Position numbers and translations under genes: made by a program. This document shows positions 20,199-30,690 of a stretch of 64,000 bases of DNA, in pieces (within the stretch, counting starts at the first letter, position 1; the number at the start of each line of letters is the position of its first letter). Location of the stretch: positions 1,328,719 through 1,392,718 of the forward strand of contig CAVSOU010000010.1 of assembly GCA_963729625.1 (NCBI GenBank), written 5' to 3'. A model generated the notes under the pieces. That model made no database searches, was not told the origin of the DNA, and was given only the letters and a program-made list of their open reading frames with translations. The DNA comes from an uncultured bacterium (GTDB lineage: Bacteria; Chloroflexota; UBA5177; JANWHV01).

Positions 20199-20726
20199 AT
20201 GGTCGAACTGACTTTGACCGCAACGCTGACGGCGGAGCGGGTCACTGCTCGCCACAAACCGTTACTGCGCGAGGCCACACCCGGCGACCGGGACCGTCTT
20301 TGGCAGTTCATCACGAGATCGGGTCTGGAGGCCGCGGGCGCCCTCGAGTCAGGGACCCGTTTCTGGGTGCTGGAAGACGGTGACGGGCAGATCGTGGCGA
20401 GCACCGGCCTTGAGTACGGGCCCACTGCCGTCCTATTTCGAAGTACCGCAGTCGACCGTGCCTACCGGCGCCGTGGCCTTGCCCTGGCCCTGTATGAGTT
20501 TCGCTTCGCGGTGGCTATGACCGAGGGCTACAAGATTGCCTATGGCTTCTGCGATACGCCGGGATTCATGCTGCGCACCGGCTGGCGAGCGGTGCCGGTG
20601 GCAGAGGTGGTGGAAGCGCTGCCTCAGGCTCACCAGGTTGCCCATTTCGCGCGGATCGGCTGGTTGCCTACGGAGCATGCTTTCCGCAGAGACTTGACTA
20701 CCAGGTGGGATGACGGGCTGTCCTGA
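20199..20726 (+). CDS. GNAT family N-acetyltransferase
   Basis: AVDRAYRRRGLA acetyl-CoA motif. Confidence 0.8.
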   Translation: MVELTLTATLTAERVTARHKPLLREATPGDRDRLWQFITRSGLEAAGALESGTRFWVLEDGDGQIVASTGLEYGPTAVLFRSTAVDRAYRRRGLALALYEFRFAVAMTEGYKIAYGFCDTPGFMLRTGWRAVPVAEVVEALPQAHQVAHFARIGWLPTEHAFRRDLTTRWDDGLS

Positions 20727-20857
20727 GGAGAACGGCAATGCCCGGCGTTCACCCGGATGAGCCGGACTGGTAACACCCGACAAAAGTGGAGCAGTAAAGC
20801 GGTCGGCTTCGCGCTATGCCGTCGTTTGGTACCTTTAGGCCAGAAGGAGTTGGAAGG

Positions 20858-21679
20858 GTGAGACGCATCTTGGTCGGTCTTTCAGAGTTCGGATATTGGG
20901 GTGAGGAGTTGGTCGGCCCCTTGGAGGTGCTGCACGAGGAAGGGTACCACACAGACTTTATGACCCCTAAAGGGCGGCGCGCTCATGCACTCCCGCCCAG
21001 CATGACCGCCGGCTATCTCGACCCGCCGCTCGGCAAGGTCGTGACGGACGAGCACTTCGCAGCCGCGACGCGAGCGCTCGACGCCTCGCCACAGCTCGAC
21101 GATCCGGTCAATCTGTCGACGTGGTTTCCCGAGCGCCCGTACTTCAATGTGCCGAACTTTGGTCATGACCTGGAGGCCTATTACGCTGCACGCGATACGT
21201 GCTGGCAGGAGCTCGAGGCATATGATGCGCTGTTGCTGGTCGGCGGCAGCGGCCCAATCGTCGATATGGTGAACAATCAGCGGCTGCACGATGTGATCCT
21301 TGGCTTCCTCGCCGCCGGCAAACTGATCGCTGCCGAATGCTACGGAGTTGCCTGCCTGGCCTTTGCTCGCGACTGGACGGACCGCAGGAGCATTATCTGG
21401 GGCAAGCATGTCACCGGACACGCGATGGAGTATGATTACAAGGATGGCACAGGCTTCCTCAACACGGATATCAACATGGGACCGCCCCCGTACCCACTTG
21501 AGCTCATCCTGCGCGACGCCACCGGGCCTGACGGCCAGTACCATGGTGGTGTAGGGCGCACTCTGTCGACCATTCTTGACTATCCCTTCCTGACCGGGCG
21601 GTCCACGCAAGATTCCCACCTGGTCGGTGAACTCATGGTGCAGGTGCTCGAAAAGGGGCTCCGGCGATACGGCTGGTAA
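20858..21679 (+). CDS. DJ-1/PfpI/Hsp31-like (class I GATase fold) protein
   Basis: GYWGEEL, VGGSGP, AAECYG, TGRS; AAGGAG RBS + GTG. Confidence 0.85.
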   Translation: MRRILVGLSEFGYWGEELVGPLEVLHEEGYHTDFMTPKGRRAHALPPSMTAGYLDPPLGKVVTDEHFAAATRALDASPQLDDPVNLSTWFPERPYFNVPNFGHDLEAYYAARDTCWQELEAYDALLLVGGSGPIVDMVNNQRLHDVILGFLAAGKLIAAECYGVACLAFARDWTDRRSIIWGKHVTGHAMEYDYKDGTGFLNTDINMGPPPYPLELILRDATGPDGQYHGGVGRTLSTILDYPFLTGRSTQDSHLVGELMVQVLEKGLRRYGW

Positions 21680-21729
21680 GGCCGGCCCAAGTCGGACTCA
21701 TATCCTGATTAGCGAGAGGTGTAGGCGCA

Positions 21730-23433
21730 ATGCAGGAAAATGGCCATCATGCGGTGCTGAGGCAGTTCGTGGCCGACGGGATGCACTACATGTTTGGCAA
21801 CCCGGGCACGGTAGAACAGGGATTTCTGGATGCCTTGAGCGATGTTCCGGAGTGCCGCTACATACTGACGCTCCAGGAGAGTGTGGCGGTCATGGCTGCC
21901 GATGGCTACGCCCGTGCCACGCACCGCCCCACGTTGGTACAGATTCATAGCTCCCCTGGACTCGGCAATGCTATTGGCGCCTTGTACCAGGCAAATCGTG
22001 GCCATTCGCCCCTGGTAGTGATCGGCGGTGACGCGGGCATCAAGTATCAACCGATGGACGCCCAAATGGCAGCGGACCTCGTTGCAATGGCCAGGCCGGT
22101 GACCAAGTGGGCGACAACGGTACTGGAATCCCAGTCGTTACTGCGAGTATTGCGACGGGCGATCAAGATTGCCGCTACCCCGCCGATGGGACCCGTCTAC
22201 ATATGTCTGCCGCAGGATATCATGGACATGCCCGCGTCCGAGCCCGTGTTCCCCACCAGCATCCCGTCTGTGCGCGTTGCGCCCCAGCCAAGCCTGCTGC
22301 AGCAACCGGCGGCCTTTCTGGCCGGGGCGTCTCACCCCATGATCTATGTCGGAGACGGCGTTGCCTATGCCGATGCCCAGGATGAGCTGACACGGCTGGC
22401 CGAGCTTCTTGGCGCCGAGGTCTATGAGGCTGATGCGGGCGAAGTCAACATGAGCTACGACCATCCTCTGTATCAGGGGTCGACAGGCCACATGTTCGGG
22501 TACCAGAGCCTGCCCATCATGCGGCGAGGTGACGTCAATCTCATCTGCGGCACGTATGTGCTGCCAGAGGTGTTCCCGGAGCTTGGCGACATCTTTGCCG
22601 ACGGTTCGGTGGTCATCCATATCGATCAGAATGCGTACGAGGTCGGCAAGAACCATCGCGTTGACTTCGGCTTTGTTGCCGATCCGAAGCTGACTCTCGC
22701 CGCCCTTGCCGATGCCGTGGAGGCAGCGGCCACGGCCGAGCAGAAGGCGGCCGCTCGCGAGCGCCTAGCCCGGATCACGGTGGATAGTGCTGAACGCCGC
22801 GCGAAGGCGCTCGAGTCGGATGTGTCGGTGCGGGATGTCATGCCGCTCCACATGGCTCGCTTCGCCGAGGAGTTGAAGAAAGCGTTGCCGGACGATGCGA
22901 TAATCTTCGATGAAGCCCTGACTAACAGCCCCCCGATTAGCCGCTACGTCCTGCCCGGGCGCACCGGGCAGTACTTCGTCACGCGTGGAGGATCGTTGGG
23001 CGTGGGATTCCCGGGAGCCATCGGCGTGAAGCTAGCGAATCCCCACAGGACCGTAATAGGTTTCAGCGGCGACGGCGGCGCGATGTACACGATCCAGGCA
23101 CTGTGGACTGCTGTTCGTCATAACGTGGATGTCAAGCTCGTGGTCTGCAACAATCGCTCATACCGGCTGCTGCAGCTGAACCTCCAGGCCTACTGGAAGG
23201 AACGAGGCGTCGAGCCTCGCGCGTTTCCGCTCAGCTTCGATCTGTCGCAGCCCGACCTGCGGTTCGATGAGATGGCAAGGTCCATGGGTGCCCAGGGCGT
23301 GCGGGTCGAGAAACCGGGGGAAATCGCCCCAGCCATCGAGAAGATGCTGGCAACGCCTGGCCCGTTTCTGATTGACTTGATTCTGGAGGGGGACACGCAT
23401 CCAGAGTTGATAGGCGTTACTTGCGGCCAGTAA
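21730..23433 (+). CDS. ThDP-dependent enzyme, benzoylformate decarboxylase-like
   Basis: FGNPGTVE, LQE, QIHSSPGLGNA, GDGGAMY...NN. Confidence 0.9.
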   Translation: MQENGHHAVLRQFVADGMHYMFGNPGTVEQGFLDALSDVPECRYILTLQESVAVMAADGYARATHRPTLVQIHSSPGLGNAIGALYQANRGHSPLVVIGGDAGIKYQPMDAQMAADLVAMARPVTKWATTVLESQSLLRVLRRAIKIAATPPMGPVYICLPQDIMDMPASEPVFPTSIPSVRVAPQPSLLQQPAAFLAGASHPMIYVGDGVAYADAQDELTRLAELLGAEVYEADAGEVNMSYDHPLYQGSTGHMFGYQSLPIMRRGDVNLICGTYVLPEVFPELGDIFADGSVVIHIDQNAYEVGKNHRVDFGFVADPKLTLAALADAVEAAATAEQKAAARERLARITVDSAERRAKALESDVSVRDVMPLHMARFAEELKKALPDDAIIFDEALTNSPPISRYVLPGRTGQYFVTRGGSLGVGFPGAIGVKLANPHRTVIGFSGDGGAMYTIQALWTAVRHNVDVKLVVCNNRSYRLLQLNLQAYWKERGVEPRAFPLSFDLSQPDLRFDEMARSMGAQGVRVEKPGEIAPAIEKMLATPGPFLIDLILEGDTHPELIGVTCGQ

Positions 23434-23502
23434 TGGCATAAACGCGCGTGGTAGTCTGCGTTCGTGCTGGGCGAGGATTGAGACAGTGCGGAAAGGAGCG
23501 CG

Positions 23503-24072
23503 ATGAAACTCACCGGGGCCAAGGTTGGCGTGCTCATCGAGGGCGACTTCTATGAGAACGAGATCCTCTATTACCAGCACCGCTTCCCTGAAGAAGGGAT
23601 AGATCTGCACTTCTTGACCAGGCTGTGGGGGCAGCCTTCGCTGACTTTCCTCGGACACGAATATCGAGTGCCCTTTGAGTGCCGCGAGAGCTTCGAAGAC
23701 CTGGATGATCAGGCTTTGCGTAGCTTTTCGGCAATTATCGTGCCGTCGGGCATTGTGGCTGACCGGTTGCGGTATACCGAGGACATCAGTAAGCTGCCAC
23801 CGGCACTCGAATTTCTCAAGCGAGCATTCGCCGAGCAAAGCATCATCAAAGGCATCATTTGCCACGGCCTGTGGCTGGTGGCATCGGCGCCTGAGCTTGT
23901 GCGCGGCCGGCGGCTCGTCGTACACAACAATTTGATCGGCGATGCCAGAAATATGGGAGCCATCTACACGGATCAGGATGTGGTCGTGGATGGCGACCTG
24001 GTGACGGCGCGTACCGGCGGGCATTGCCATCAATTCGCACGCACAATCATCGATATCCTGGCCGCCCGCTAG
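23503..24072 (+). CDS. DJ-1/PfpI family protein
   Basis: FYENE, ICHG, VVVDGDLVTAR. Confidence 0.9.
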   Translation: MKLTGAKVGVLIEGDFYENEILYYQHRFPEEGIDLHFLTRLWGQPSLTFLGHEYRVPFECRESFEDLDDQALRSFSAIIVPSGIVADRLRYTEDISKLPPALEFLKRAFAEQSIIKGIICHGLWLVASAPELVRGRRLVVHNNLIGDARNMGAIYTDQDVVVDGDLVTARTGGHCHQFARTIIDILAAR

Positions 24073-24212
24073 TGGGTCAAGTGCGTTGCTCATGGCCATT
24101 GCCACCGCGCCTGAGACTCCGGCCTTCAGGCCGGAGGGCCTCACCCGCTCGCCCAGCCGTGGCCTTCAGGCGGCATCTGAACGGCGATGAACGTGACAAG
24201 CGACCCACCTAG
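24069..24212. mobile_element. MITE-like element, copy 1
   Basis: Ends CTAGTGGGTC...GACCCACCTAG; closely similar to 39544..39686. Confidence 0.7.
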
Positions 24213-24271
24213 CGCGTCAGCTGTGCCTGCCCAATAGCCCATTACCCTATGCGTAGAGGAGTTGAGCAACA

Positions 24272-24718
24272 ATGGCCGAACCCATCACCCTGGAACAGAT
24301 CAAGAGACTGGTGGCTGCGTGGTATCTGGCGCTGGATCAGCACGACCCTATCGCAAACTGCTACGCGTTGCTCGCCGACCAGGGCCTCAACGTGCAATTC
24401 CCCGACGGCGACATCCGTGACCATGCCGGCTTCAAGAAGTGGTACGACCGGGTCACCAATTTGTTCTTCGACGAGAGTCATGTTGTCCAGAGCGTGGAAG
24501 CCGAAATCAAGGGTGATGCGGCCGACATCAGAGTCGTCGTGGGTTGGCAGGCCAGCTGGTGGGAGGCGCCTGCGGCGAAGAGCAAACGCGTCTCCATGGA
24601 TGCGACGCAGGCATGGACGGTGCGCCGGTCGGCAAAGAATGCCTATGGTCTGGAGATCGTCACCTACAACGCGACCGTTGAGCCTTTCAAGTATGCGCCG
24701 GGATTTGCGCGCCTGTAG
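24272..24718 (+). CDS. NTF2/SnoaL-like protein
   Basis: Size and pattern (FKKWY..V...FFDE.H); GGAG RBS. Confidence 0.75.
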   Translation: MAEPITLEQIKRLVAAWYLALDQHDPIANCYALLADQGLNVQFPDGDIRDHAGFKKWYDRVTNLFFDESHVVQSVEAEIKGDAADIRVVVGWQASWWEAPAAKSKRVSMDATQAWTVRRSAKNAYGLEIVTYNATVEPFKYAPGFARL

Positions 24719-24990
24719 CTCGCCGCCGCTCCTTAGGACCGAACTTGCTACACTGCCCTCATCAGGGCATCCTCACCTTGACCGCATGAGGCTGTTCTTG
24801 ACGGGTTGAAGCGGGTTTAGGAAAGGAAAGGCACGATCGTCTTCTCGTGGTTGAGCTGCACGCAGGCGCGTCCCCGGCTCTTCCGTTGGCCCACACCTCC
24901 TGGCCTTGGTGCCCCGCGCTAGACCTGGAGAACGTCCCCTCGCTCCGTTGTCACGAGTCCGATGTATTGACCACGTATTTGGAGGACGGC

Positions 24991-25482
24991 ATGCCGAAAT
25001 TGACAGAGGCGGGTCTTCAGGAATTCATCCTGGAGTTCTACCGGCAGGCGGACAGTAGTGCTCCCCTGGTCTGGTTCCTTCCCTACATTGAAGACGATTT
25101 CCACATGGTCTGGACGCCCACGTGCGAATTTCGTGGCCAGGTGGGATTCGAGGAGTTCTACCGCAACCTTACTGGAAACCTGTTCGATCGCGTTCACCAG
25201 GTCTCCGATATCAGCATCAAGACTGACGGCGATAAGGCTGAGGTCACCTTCACCATTCACCTGACCGCCAAGGTATGGAGCGCTCCGCTACCAAAAAGCA
25301 TCCACGCCGAGAACTACGCCAACTTCCGCTGGACCGTACGCACATCCGAAAAGACCGGCAATCTGGCCATCATGGACTACTTCCTGACGGGAGTGCGTTT
25401 CCCAGAAGGAAGCATTATTGTCGATGCGGACAAGGTCTTCAAGTACCCGAGCTGGATGCACGGCCCCTGGGGTTTCCCGTAG
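24991..25482 (+). CDS. NTF2/SnoaL-like protein (distant paralog of 24272..24718)
   Basis: GFEEFY......LFDRVH; GGAGG RBS. Confidence 0.7.
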   Translation: MPKLTEAGLQEFILEFYRQADSSAPLVWFLPYIEDDFHMVWTPTCEFRGQVGFEEFYRNLTGNLFDRVHQVSDISIKTDGDKAEVTFTIHLTAKVWSAPLPKSIHAENYANFRWTVRTSEKTGNLAIMDYFLTGVRFPEGSIIVDADKVFKYPSWMHGPWGFP

Positions 25483-25759
25483 ATCGCTGGGGCCACGGTG
25501 AGCGGTACGCAGGCTGCGACCGGCACATGCGCGCCGTGAGAAGTCGCGGCACTGGCAAGGGGCTCCCGGGCCGGTACGGTGCTGCCTGCATGATGTAGGT
25601 GGCCGGAAACGCGCCAGAGGCAGTCGCTCACGGTTACTCGCCACCAGGCCGATACGAGTCGTCGACCGCGCGCGCAGTACGCACGTCTTGATGCGCTCGC
25701 GGGGTTTGGTAACGGGCACAAGGTAACAGGCACGCGCGCCGAGTAAGGAGGCCAATGCT

Positions 25760-26173
25760 GTGACACCTTCCGACAACAGAGCAGTCGTTCAGGCCTGGGC
25801 AGATGCCCTGAGCGCCGGTGATATCGATAGGGCTCTCGTCCACCTCGCACCAGATTACGTCGGTCACTTTTCCGCAATGCCCGAGCCCGTGCAAGGACCC
25901 GAGGGCTTCAAGGGCATGTACATGTACTTCATCAAGCCTGCGTTCCCAGATCAGAAGATTACGATCGAGCGGCAGGTAATCTCAGGCGACAGGATAGCGA
26001 TCCAATTATCGTGGACCGCGACGCACCAGGGCCCGTTTCTGAACACGCCGCCCACCGGAAGACGTGTCGAGGTCCCCGGCACCGGCATCTTCCGTGTAGC
26101 CGGCGGCCAGATCGCCGAGGAGTGGATGCTCGAGGACTTCCTGGGCCTCTATCAACAGATCACTCAAGGCTAG
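25760..26173 (+). CDS. SnoaL-like ester cyclase family protein
   Basis: AFPD, TATHQGPF...PPTGRRV, GQIAEEW. Confidence 0.88.
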   Translation: MTPSDNRAVVQAWADALSAGDIDRALVHLAPDYVGHFSAMPEPVQGPEGFKGMYMYFIKPAFPDQKITIERQVISGDRIAIQLSWTATHQGPFLNTPPTGRRVEVPGTGIFRVAGGQIAEEWMLEDFLGLYQQITQG

Positions 26174-26191
26174 TGCTGCAGGGAGGGCGTC

Positions 26192-26611
26192 ATGCCAGAA
26201 CGGGAAAACGCGGCTATACTGGAACGCTACTACGAAGAAGTGGTGAACCAGGGGAAGCTTGACGTGGTCGACGACGTTATCGCGCCCGACTACGTATCGC
26301 ATCATAACGACCCAGCCCACCTCCCCCCCGGGCCTCCTGGAGTCAAGGCGTTTGTCTCCATCACCCGAGCAGGGTTTCCCGACCTCCACCTTACGGTTGA
26401 TCAAGTCTTTGCTGAGGGCGACCAGGCAGCCTCGATGTGGACAATGGAGGGTACCCACACGGGCGAGTGGTTCGGCGCTCCCGCGACAGGCAAGCATGCG
26501 AAGTGGTCAGGCATCGTGGTATCGCGCTTTGAGAACGGCAAAATCGCTGAGGACTGGTACAACTTCGATCAAGTATCGTTGCTGCAGCAGCTCGGCATCA
26601 TCCCGAGTTAG
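26192..26611 (+). CDS. SnoaL-like ester cyclase family protein
   Basis: GFPDL, EGD, GTHTGEW.G.PATGK, GKIAEDW. Confidence 0.9.
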   Translation: MPERENAAILERYYEEVVNQGKLDVVDDVIAPDYVSHHNDPAHLPPGPPGVKAFVSITRAGFPDLHLTVDQVFAEGDQAASMWTMEGTHTGEWFGAPATGKHAKWSGIVVSRFENGKIAEDWYNFDQVSLLQQLGIIPS

Positions 26612-26628
26612 CCTTCTGGTCAGGAACT

Positions 26629-26689
26629 CGCAACGGCGGTGAAATGCAGGCCTCGCCGCAAGGCGAGGCGCTCGTTCCATCGCCGCTGC
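26629..26689. other. Intergenic stem-loop (terminator or mRNA stabiliser)
   Basis: Perfect GCCTCGCC-GCAA-GGCGAGGC hairpin (26650-26669) inside an outer imperfect stem; no U tract. Confidence 0.45.
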
Positions 26690-26899
26690 GGACCCACGTA
26701 ACGCACAAGCGCGCTCGGATGTCTGGCCTGCGCCTGGCGCACCGGCCGGCTGACCTTGGTGAGATCGTTTGTTTGTTCTGCGGGAACATGTTGTGCCGGG
26801 TGAGCCACCTGCGATCCCGGCAGAACGCACGATGGAGAACCGCACGCCCGATCCAGTGACACGCGCTATTGCAAGGAGTGGCAGAAAGATGGGATTTCG

Positions 26900-27691
26900 A
26901 TGAATGCCAAGGGACAGCGTGAGCCAAACAGATTGAAGCGGAACCTCATGGCCGGCAAACCGTGCATCGGCACGGTGGTGACCCTCAACAACGTCGCGGT
27001 GGCCGAAATGCTCGCCCGCGTCGGCTACGACTGGCTGTGGTTCGAGACGGAACACACCTCGCTTGAGCTGGAAAGCTTGCAGGCCATGCTTGCCGCCACA
27101 AACGGCTCTGACGTGAGCACGGTGATTCGCGTGCCGTGGAACGACAAGACCATGATCAAGCGCGCGCTCGACCTGGGTCCGGACGCGCTCATCATTCCGG
27201 AGGTCAACACCCGCGCAGAAGCCGAGCAAGCCGTCCGTGCGATGAAGTACCCACCGTGGGGCGAGCGGGGCGCCGGTATGGCTCGCGCGCAGTCGTACGG
27301 CGGTCAGCTTGTGGAATACCTCGAGATGGCCAACGACGAAGTGATGGTGATTCCGATGATCGAGCATATCCAGGCCGTAGAGAACATCGATGAGATTCTC
27401 GCGGTCAAGGGAGTGGACTCGGTGATGGTCGGCGCGCTCGATCTCTCTGGGAGCCTGGGCCTGCTGGGCCAGACGGGCCACCCGGATGTCGAAGGTGCTG
27501 TGCAGCGGGTTTTGGCGGCGTGCAAGCGAGCAGGAATACCGTGTGGCGCCGTCGCCATGACGCCTGAACAGGCCAACGCACGGATCGAGCAGGGCTTCAC
27601 CAACATCTCGTTGGGCATGGACGTGGTCTATCTCCGCGGCTCCGCGAAGGCTGCCGTGGAACAGGTGAAGCGCCCTGCCACCGCCAGCTAG
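26900..27691 (+). CDS. HpcH/HpaI class II pyruvate aldolase
   Basis: ETEH, IRVP, IKRALDLG, YPPWGERG, MIE, GALDL. Confidence 0.92.
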   Translation: MNAKGQREPNRLKRNLMAGKPCIGTVVTLNNVAVAEMLARVGYDWLWFETEHTSLELESLQAMLAATNGSDVSTVIRVPWNDKTMIKRALDLGPDALIIPEVNTRAEAEQAVRAMKYPPWGERGAGMARAQSYGGQLVEYLEMANDEVMVIPMIEHIQAVENIDEILAVKGVDSVMVGALDLSGSLGLLGQTGHPDVEGAVQRVLAACKRAGIPCGAVAMTPEQANARIEQGFTNISLGMDVVYLRGSAKAAVEQVKRPATAS

Positions 27692-27784
27692 CCGTCGGCA
27701 TGGCTACTGGCTCGCTCAAGCTCGTTTGGAATTAGGCAGAGGGGCCCCAAGGCCGGACCGGGCGCGCCTATCTGGATGGGCCTG

Positions 27785-28396
27785 TCAACCCTGGTGGTCG
27801 CCGGGCACGTGATCGAGCATCCGGCGCGCTTCGTCGTACTGCGCCATGGTGTCCACGTCGATCGCTATCCTGGCGTCTGGCGCCGGTACCGTGGCCACCA
27901 GGTCCGGGCGCTCGAGTAGCAGCGAGCGCACTCCACGGTCGCCAGTGATGGACATGACCAGAGGCCAGACTGTGCGATCGAGGAGCAGCGGTGCGCCGCT
28001 GTATCCGCCATACTCGGTGGCGATCAAGGGCTGACGTGTCTCCACATGCCGGGCCTCGAGTAACCCGAACAGGTCACTGGTGACGAAGGGCTGATCGCCA
28101 ATGACTAGTATGACGGCCGTGACGGCCGGTCTCAGGCAGGCAAGCCCAAGCCGGAGGGAGCTGCTCAGTCCCTCGACATGCTGCGGATTGATCACCACGT
28201 CGATACCGGCCAGGTCAACCGCGCGCGAAATCTCGTCAGCCGCGTGCCCCAACACCACCACCAATTGCGCGGGACCATACTGTCGCAGCGCCGCCAGAGG
28301 CCACTCCAGCAGAGGCCGCCCACCCAGCGGTAGCAGCTGCTTTGGTTGACCAAGCCGGCGCGAGGCGCCGGCCGCCAACACGAGGCCGGCTATCAC
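27785..28396 (-). CDS. MocA-like molybdenum cofactor cytidylyltransferase
   Basis: LAAGASRRLGQPKQLL, GDQP, GDRG, DVDT; overlaps the xdhC-like stop. Confidence 0.85.
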   Translation of the reverse strand: MIAGLVLAAGASRRLGQPKQLLPLGGRPLLEWPLAALRQYGPAQLVVVLGHAADEISRAVDLAGIDVVINPQHVEGLSSSLRLGLACLRPAVTAVILVIGDQPFVTSDLFGLLEARHVETRQPLIATEYGGYSGAPLLLDRTVWPLVMSITGDRGVRSLLLERPDLVATVPAPDARIAIDVDTMAQYDEARRMLDHVPGDHQG

Positions 28397-29499
28397 GAGC
28401 GTGTGCCGGCAAGCGCGCTCAGGGGGCCGCCAACCCTGCCGTGCCGCGTTGCCACGATCTCTGCCAGGATGCTCAGCGCAATCTCCTCCGGCGTGTCTGC
28501 CCCGATGTCCAGGCCGATCGGGCCGCTCAGACGTTGCAGATCCCGATCGCTGAACCCCAGGGCCTGCAGGCGCTCGCGGCGCTGCGCGTGCGTCCGGCGG
28601 CTGCCAATCACGCCAACATAGGCAGCCGAACTGCTCAAGAGCACCGGCAGCAATGGCTCCTCGAACTTGGGGTCATGCGTCAATACGGCCACACTGGTGG
28701 TAGGACCAATCGGCCGTCCGATGAGCGCTTCATGCGGCCAGGCGACGATGATCTCGGCAGCATGTGGAAAGCGCTCCCGCGTGGCAAAAGCCGACCTGGC
28801 GTCGATCACAATAACGCGGTAGCCGATCAAGCTCGCCATCGACGCCAGGGCAATCGAGACATGGCCGGCGCCGATGATAACAAGCGTGGCTGGTGGCACG
28901 TGCGACTCGACGAAGAGTTCCACCATCTGCTCGCCGTCCGGTGCATCACAGCCGAGCACACCGGAGTCCAGAGGATAGCGGCGCGTGCGAGAGCGTGACA
29001 TGCTTAGGGCTCCCCGTGCGTCCTCTTCAACACGCGCATCGAGTTGACCAAGGCCCAGTGAACCCTGCTTTGAGCCATCCTGGAAGATCAGCATCTTTGC
29101 TCCAAGAGTTGCGGGAGCGCCGATCACCGTGACCTCGACCACCGGCTCCTGTGCTCGAATTGCTTGTGCCAGGCTGCAATAGTGCATCGTCGACAGGCGT
29201 TCGATGGACACACGCATGGCGCCGCCACACGCCAGACCGATCTCGAAGGCCATATCGCCGGTGAAGCCATACTCCACCACTCTCGGCGTTCCGCTCTCGA
29301 TCACCTGCAGTGCGTGCTCGAAGACGTCGGCCTCGACACAGCCGCCGCTGACGGATCCCACGAATTCCCGCTCGGGCGTCATCGCCATCTTGGCGCCAAC
29401 ACCCCGAGGAGTGGACCCTTCCACCGATACCACGGTCGCCAGCGCGACCTGCTTGCCCTGTTGGTGCCACAGGTCGATCTGATCCAGAAGCTCCCGCAT
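28393..29499 (-). CDS. xdhC: XdhC/CoxI Moco insertion chaperone
   Basis: GSTPRGVGA, GSVSGGCVE, GLACGG, GAGHV, IGSRR, PIGLDIGA.TPEEIA. Confidence 0.9.
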   Translation of the reverse strand: MRELLDQIDLWHQQGKQVALATVVSVEGSTPRGVGAKMAMTPEREFVGSVSGGCVEADVFEHALQVIESGTPRVVEYGFTGDMAFEIGLACGGAMRVSIERLSTMHYCSLAQAIRAQEPVVEVTVIGAPATLGAKMLIFQDGSKQGSLGLGQLDARVEEDARGALSMSRSRTRRYPLDSGVLGCDAPDGEQMVELFVESHVPPATLVIIGAGHVSIALASMASLIGYRVIVIDARSAFATRERFPHAAEIIVAWPHEALIGRPIGPTTSVAVLTHDPKFEEPLLPVLLSSSAAYVGVIGSRRTHAQRRERLQALGFSDRDLQRLSGPIGLDIGADTPEEIALSILAEIVATRHGRVGGPLSALAGTRS

Positions 29500-29742
29500 C
29501 TGACTGCCCCAGGGATACTGCGGGGCCTGCTCATGCGGCCCCATACAGGATTATTCTAGCCGGTCCAACAGGAAGGTCGAAGATGTGTCCTGGCGATGCG
29601 TCGTCGTGATAGGCCAGGTTGACTTCTGGTACTGTCAATTGCCCTCGCGCCGCACTTGCTATCTCACTGGCTTCCGAACTGCTACCATTTATCTTAGGAC
29701 AGCCTCGCGCTGAGCAGAATCGTGAGAGGGTGGTTGCGAAGA

Positions 29743-30522
29743 ATGGGCAAGAAGGTTCTGGTACTCGCCTCCAATATTGGCTTGTGGGCCGAGGAATTGC
29801 AGGCTCCGTGGGACGCGCTCAACAAGGCGGGCTTTGACCTGACGCTGGCTACAGAGCAGGGGAAGACGCCGCTATCCTTGGCACTCAGTGAGGATCCGGA
29901 GTTTGTGGATCCGGTCCAGAAGTACCATGTGAACCCTCCAGAAGTCGTGGAGAGGGTCAAAGAGATCTACGCAACCGGCGAGTGGGACAACCCGATCACT
30001 ATCGCGTCCGCCAACATGGACGACTATGATGCGATTGTCGTCGTCGGAGGGCCCGGGTCACCGCTGGATCTGACTGGAAACGCGAAAGTCCATCGCCTGC
30101 TCGAGAAAGCATTTACGGACAGCAAGACCATCGGGGCTCTCTGCTATGCCGTGGGTGCGCTCGTGTGGGCACGGAACCCCTCCGACTGGAACAAGAGCAT
30201 CATCTACGGAAAGCAGATAGTTGCCCATCCCAAAGAGTGGGATTTCACAGGCCCCCTTCCCTACCCGCTCTATGGAGCGACCCCCGACAATCCGGGCACC
30301 GATCTGGTCACGCCCGGGTTTGTCTATCCGCTCAGCCCCATTGTCGTAGATGCCGTAGGGCCAAGCGGGAAAGTTCATTCCGACCCGACCGCCAATCGCG
30401 AGCATCCACAGGTGATGTATGACCCGCCTTTTGTCACCGCGCTGTCAGTCGAGTCGTCAATCGCCTTTGGTGAGAAGCTGGTCGAAGTTCTTTCGGCCAA
30501 GCTCGCCGGGGTGAGCGCCTGA
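29743..30522 (+). CDS. DJ-1/PfpI/Hsp31-like protein (paralog of 20858..21679)
   Basis: GLWAEEL, VGGPGS, ALCYAV. Confidence 0.85.
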   Translation: MGKKVLVLASNIGLWAEELQAPWDALNKAGFDLTLATEQGKTPLSLALSEDPEFVDPVQKYHVNPPEVVERVKEIYATGEWDNPITIASANMDDYDAIVVVGGPGSPLDLTGNAKVHRLLEKAFTDSKTIGALCYAVGALVWARNPSDWNKSIIYGKQIVAHPKEWDFTGPLPYPLYGATPDNPGTDLVTPGFVYPLSPIVVDAVGPSGKVHSDPTANREHPQVMYDPPFVTALSVESSIAFGEKLVEVLSAKLAGVSA

Positions 30523-30690
30523 GACACAGACCACGGGGGAACGCAGGGCGAGGCTTTGGTGAATCGCCTACCGCTCCCGAACGCTGTTGATCGCGCTCGT
30601 CTTGGCTGTCACAGGTCGTGTCCCAGGTAGGGGTACGCCCTGTCTTCTGGATGAGCCCTTAAGCATCTTGGTCCTATGGGAGTAAAGACG

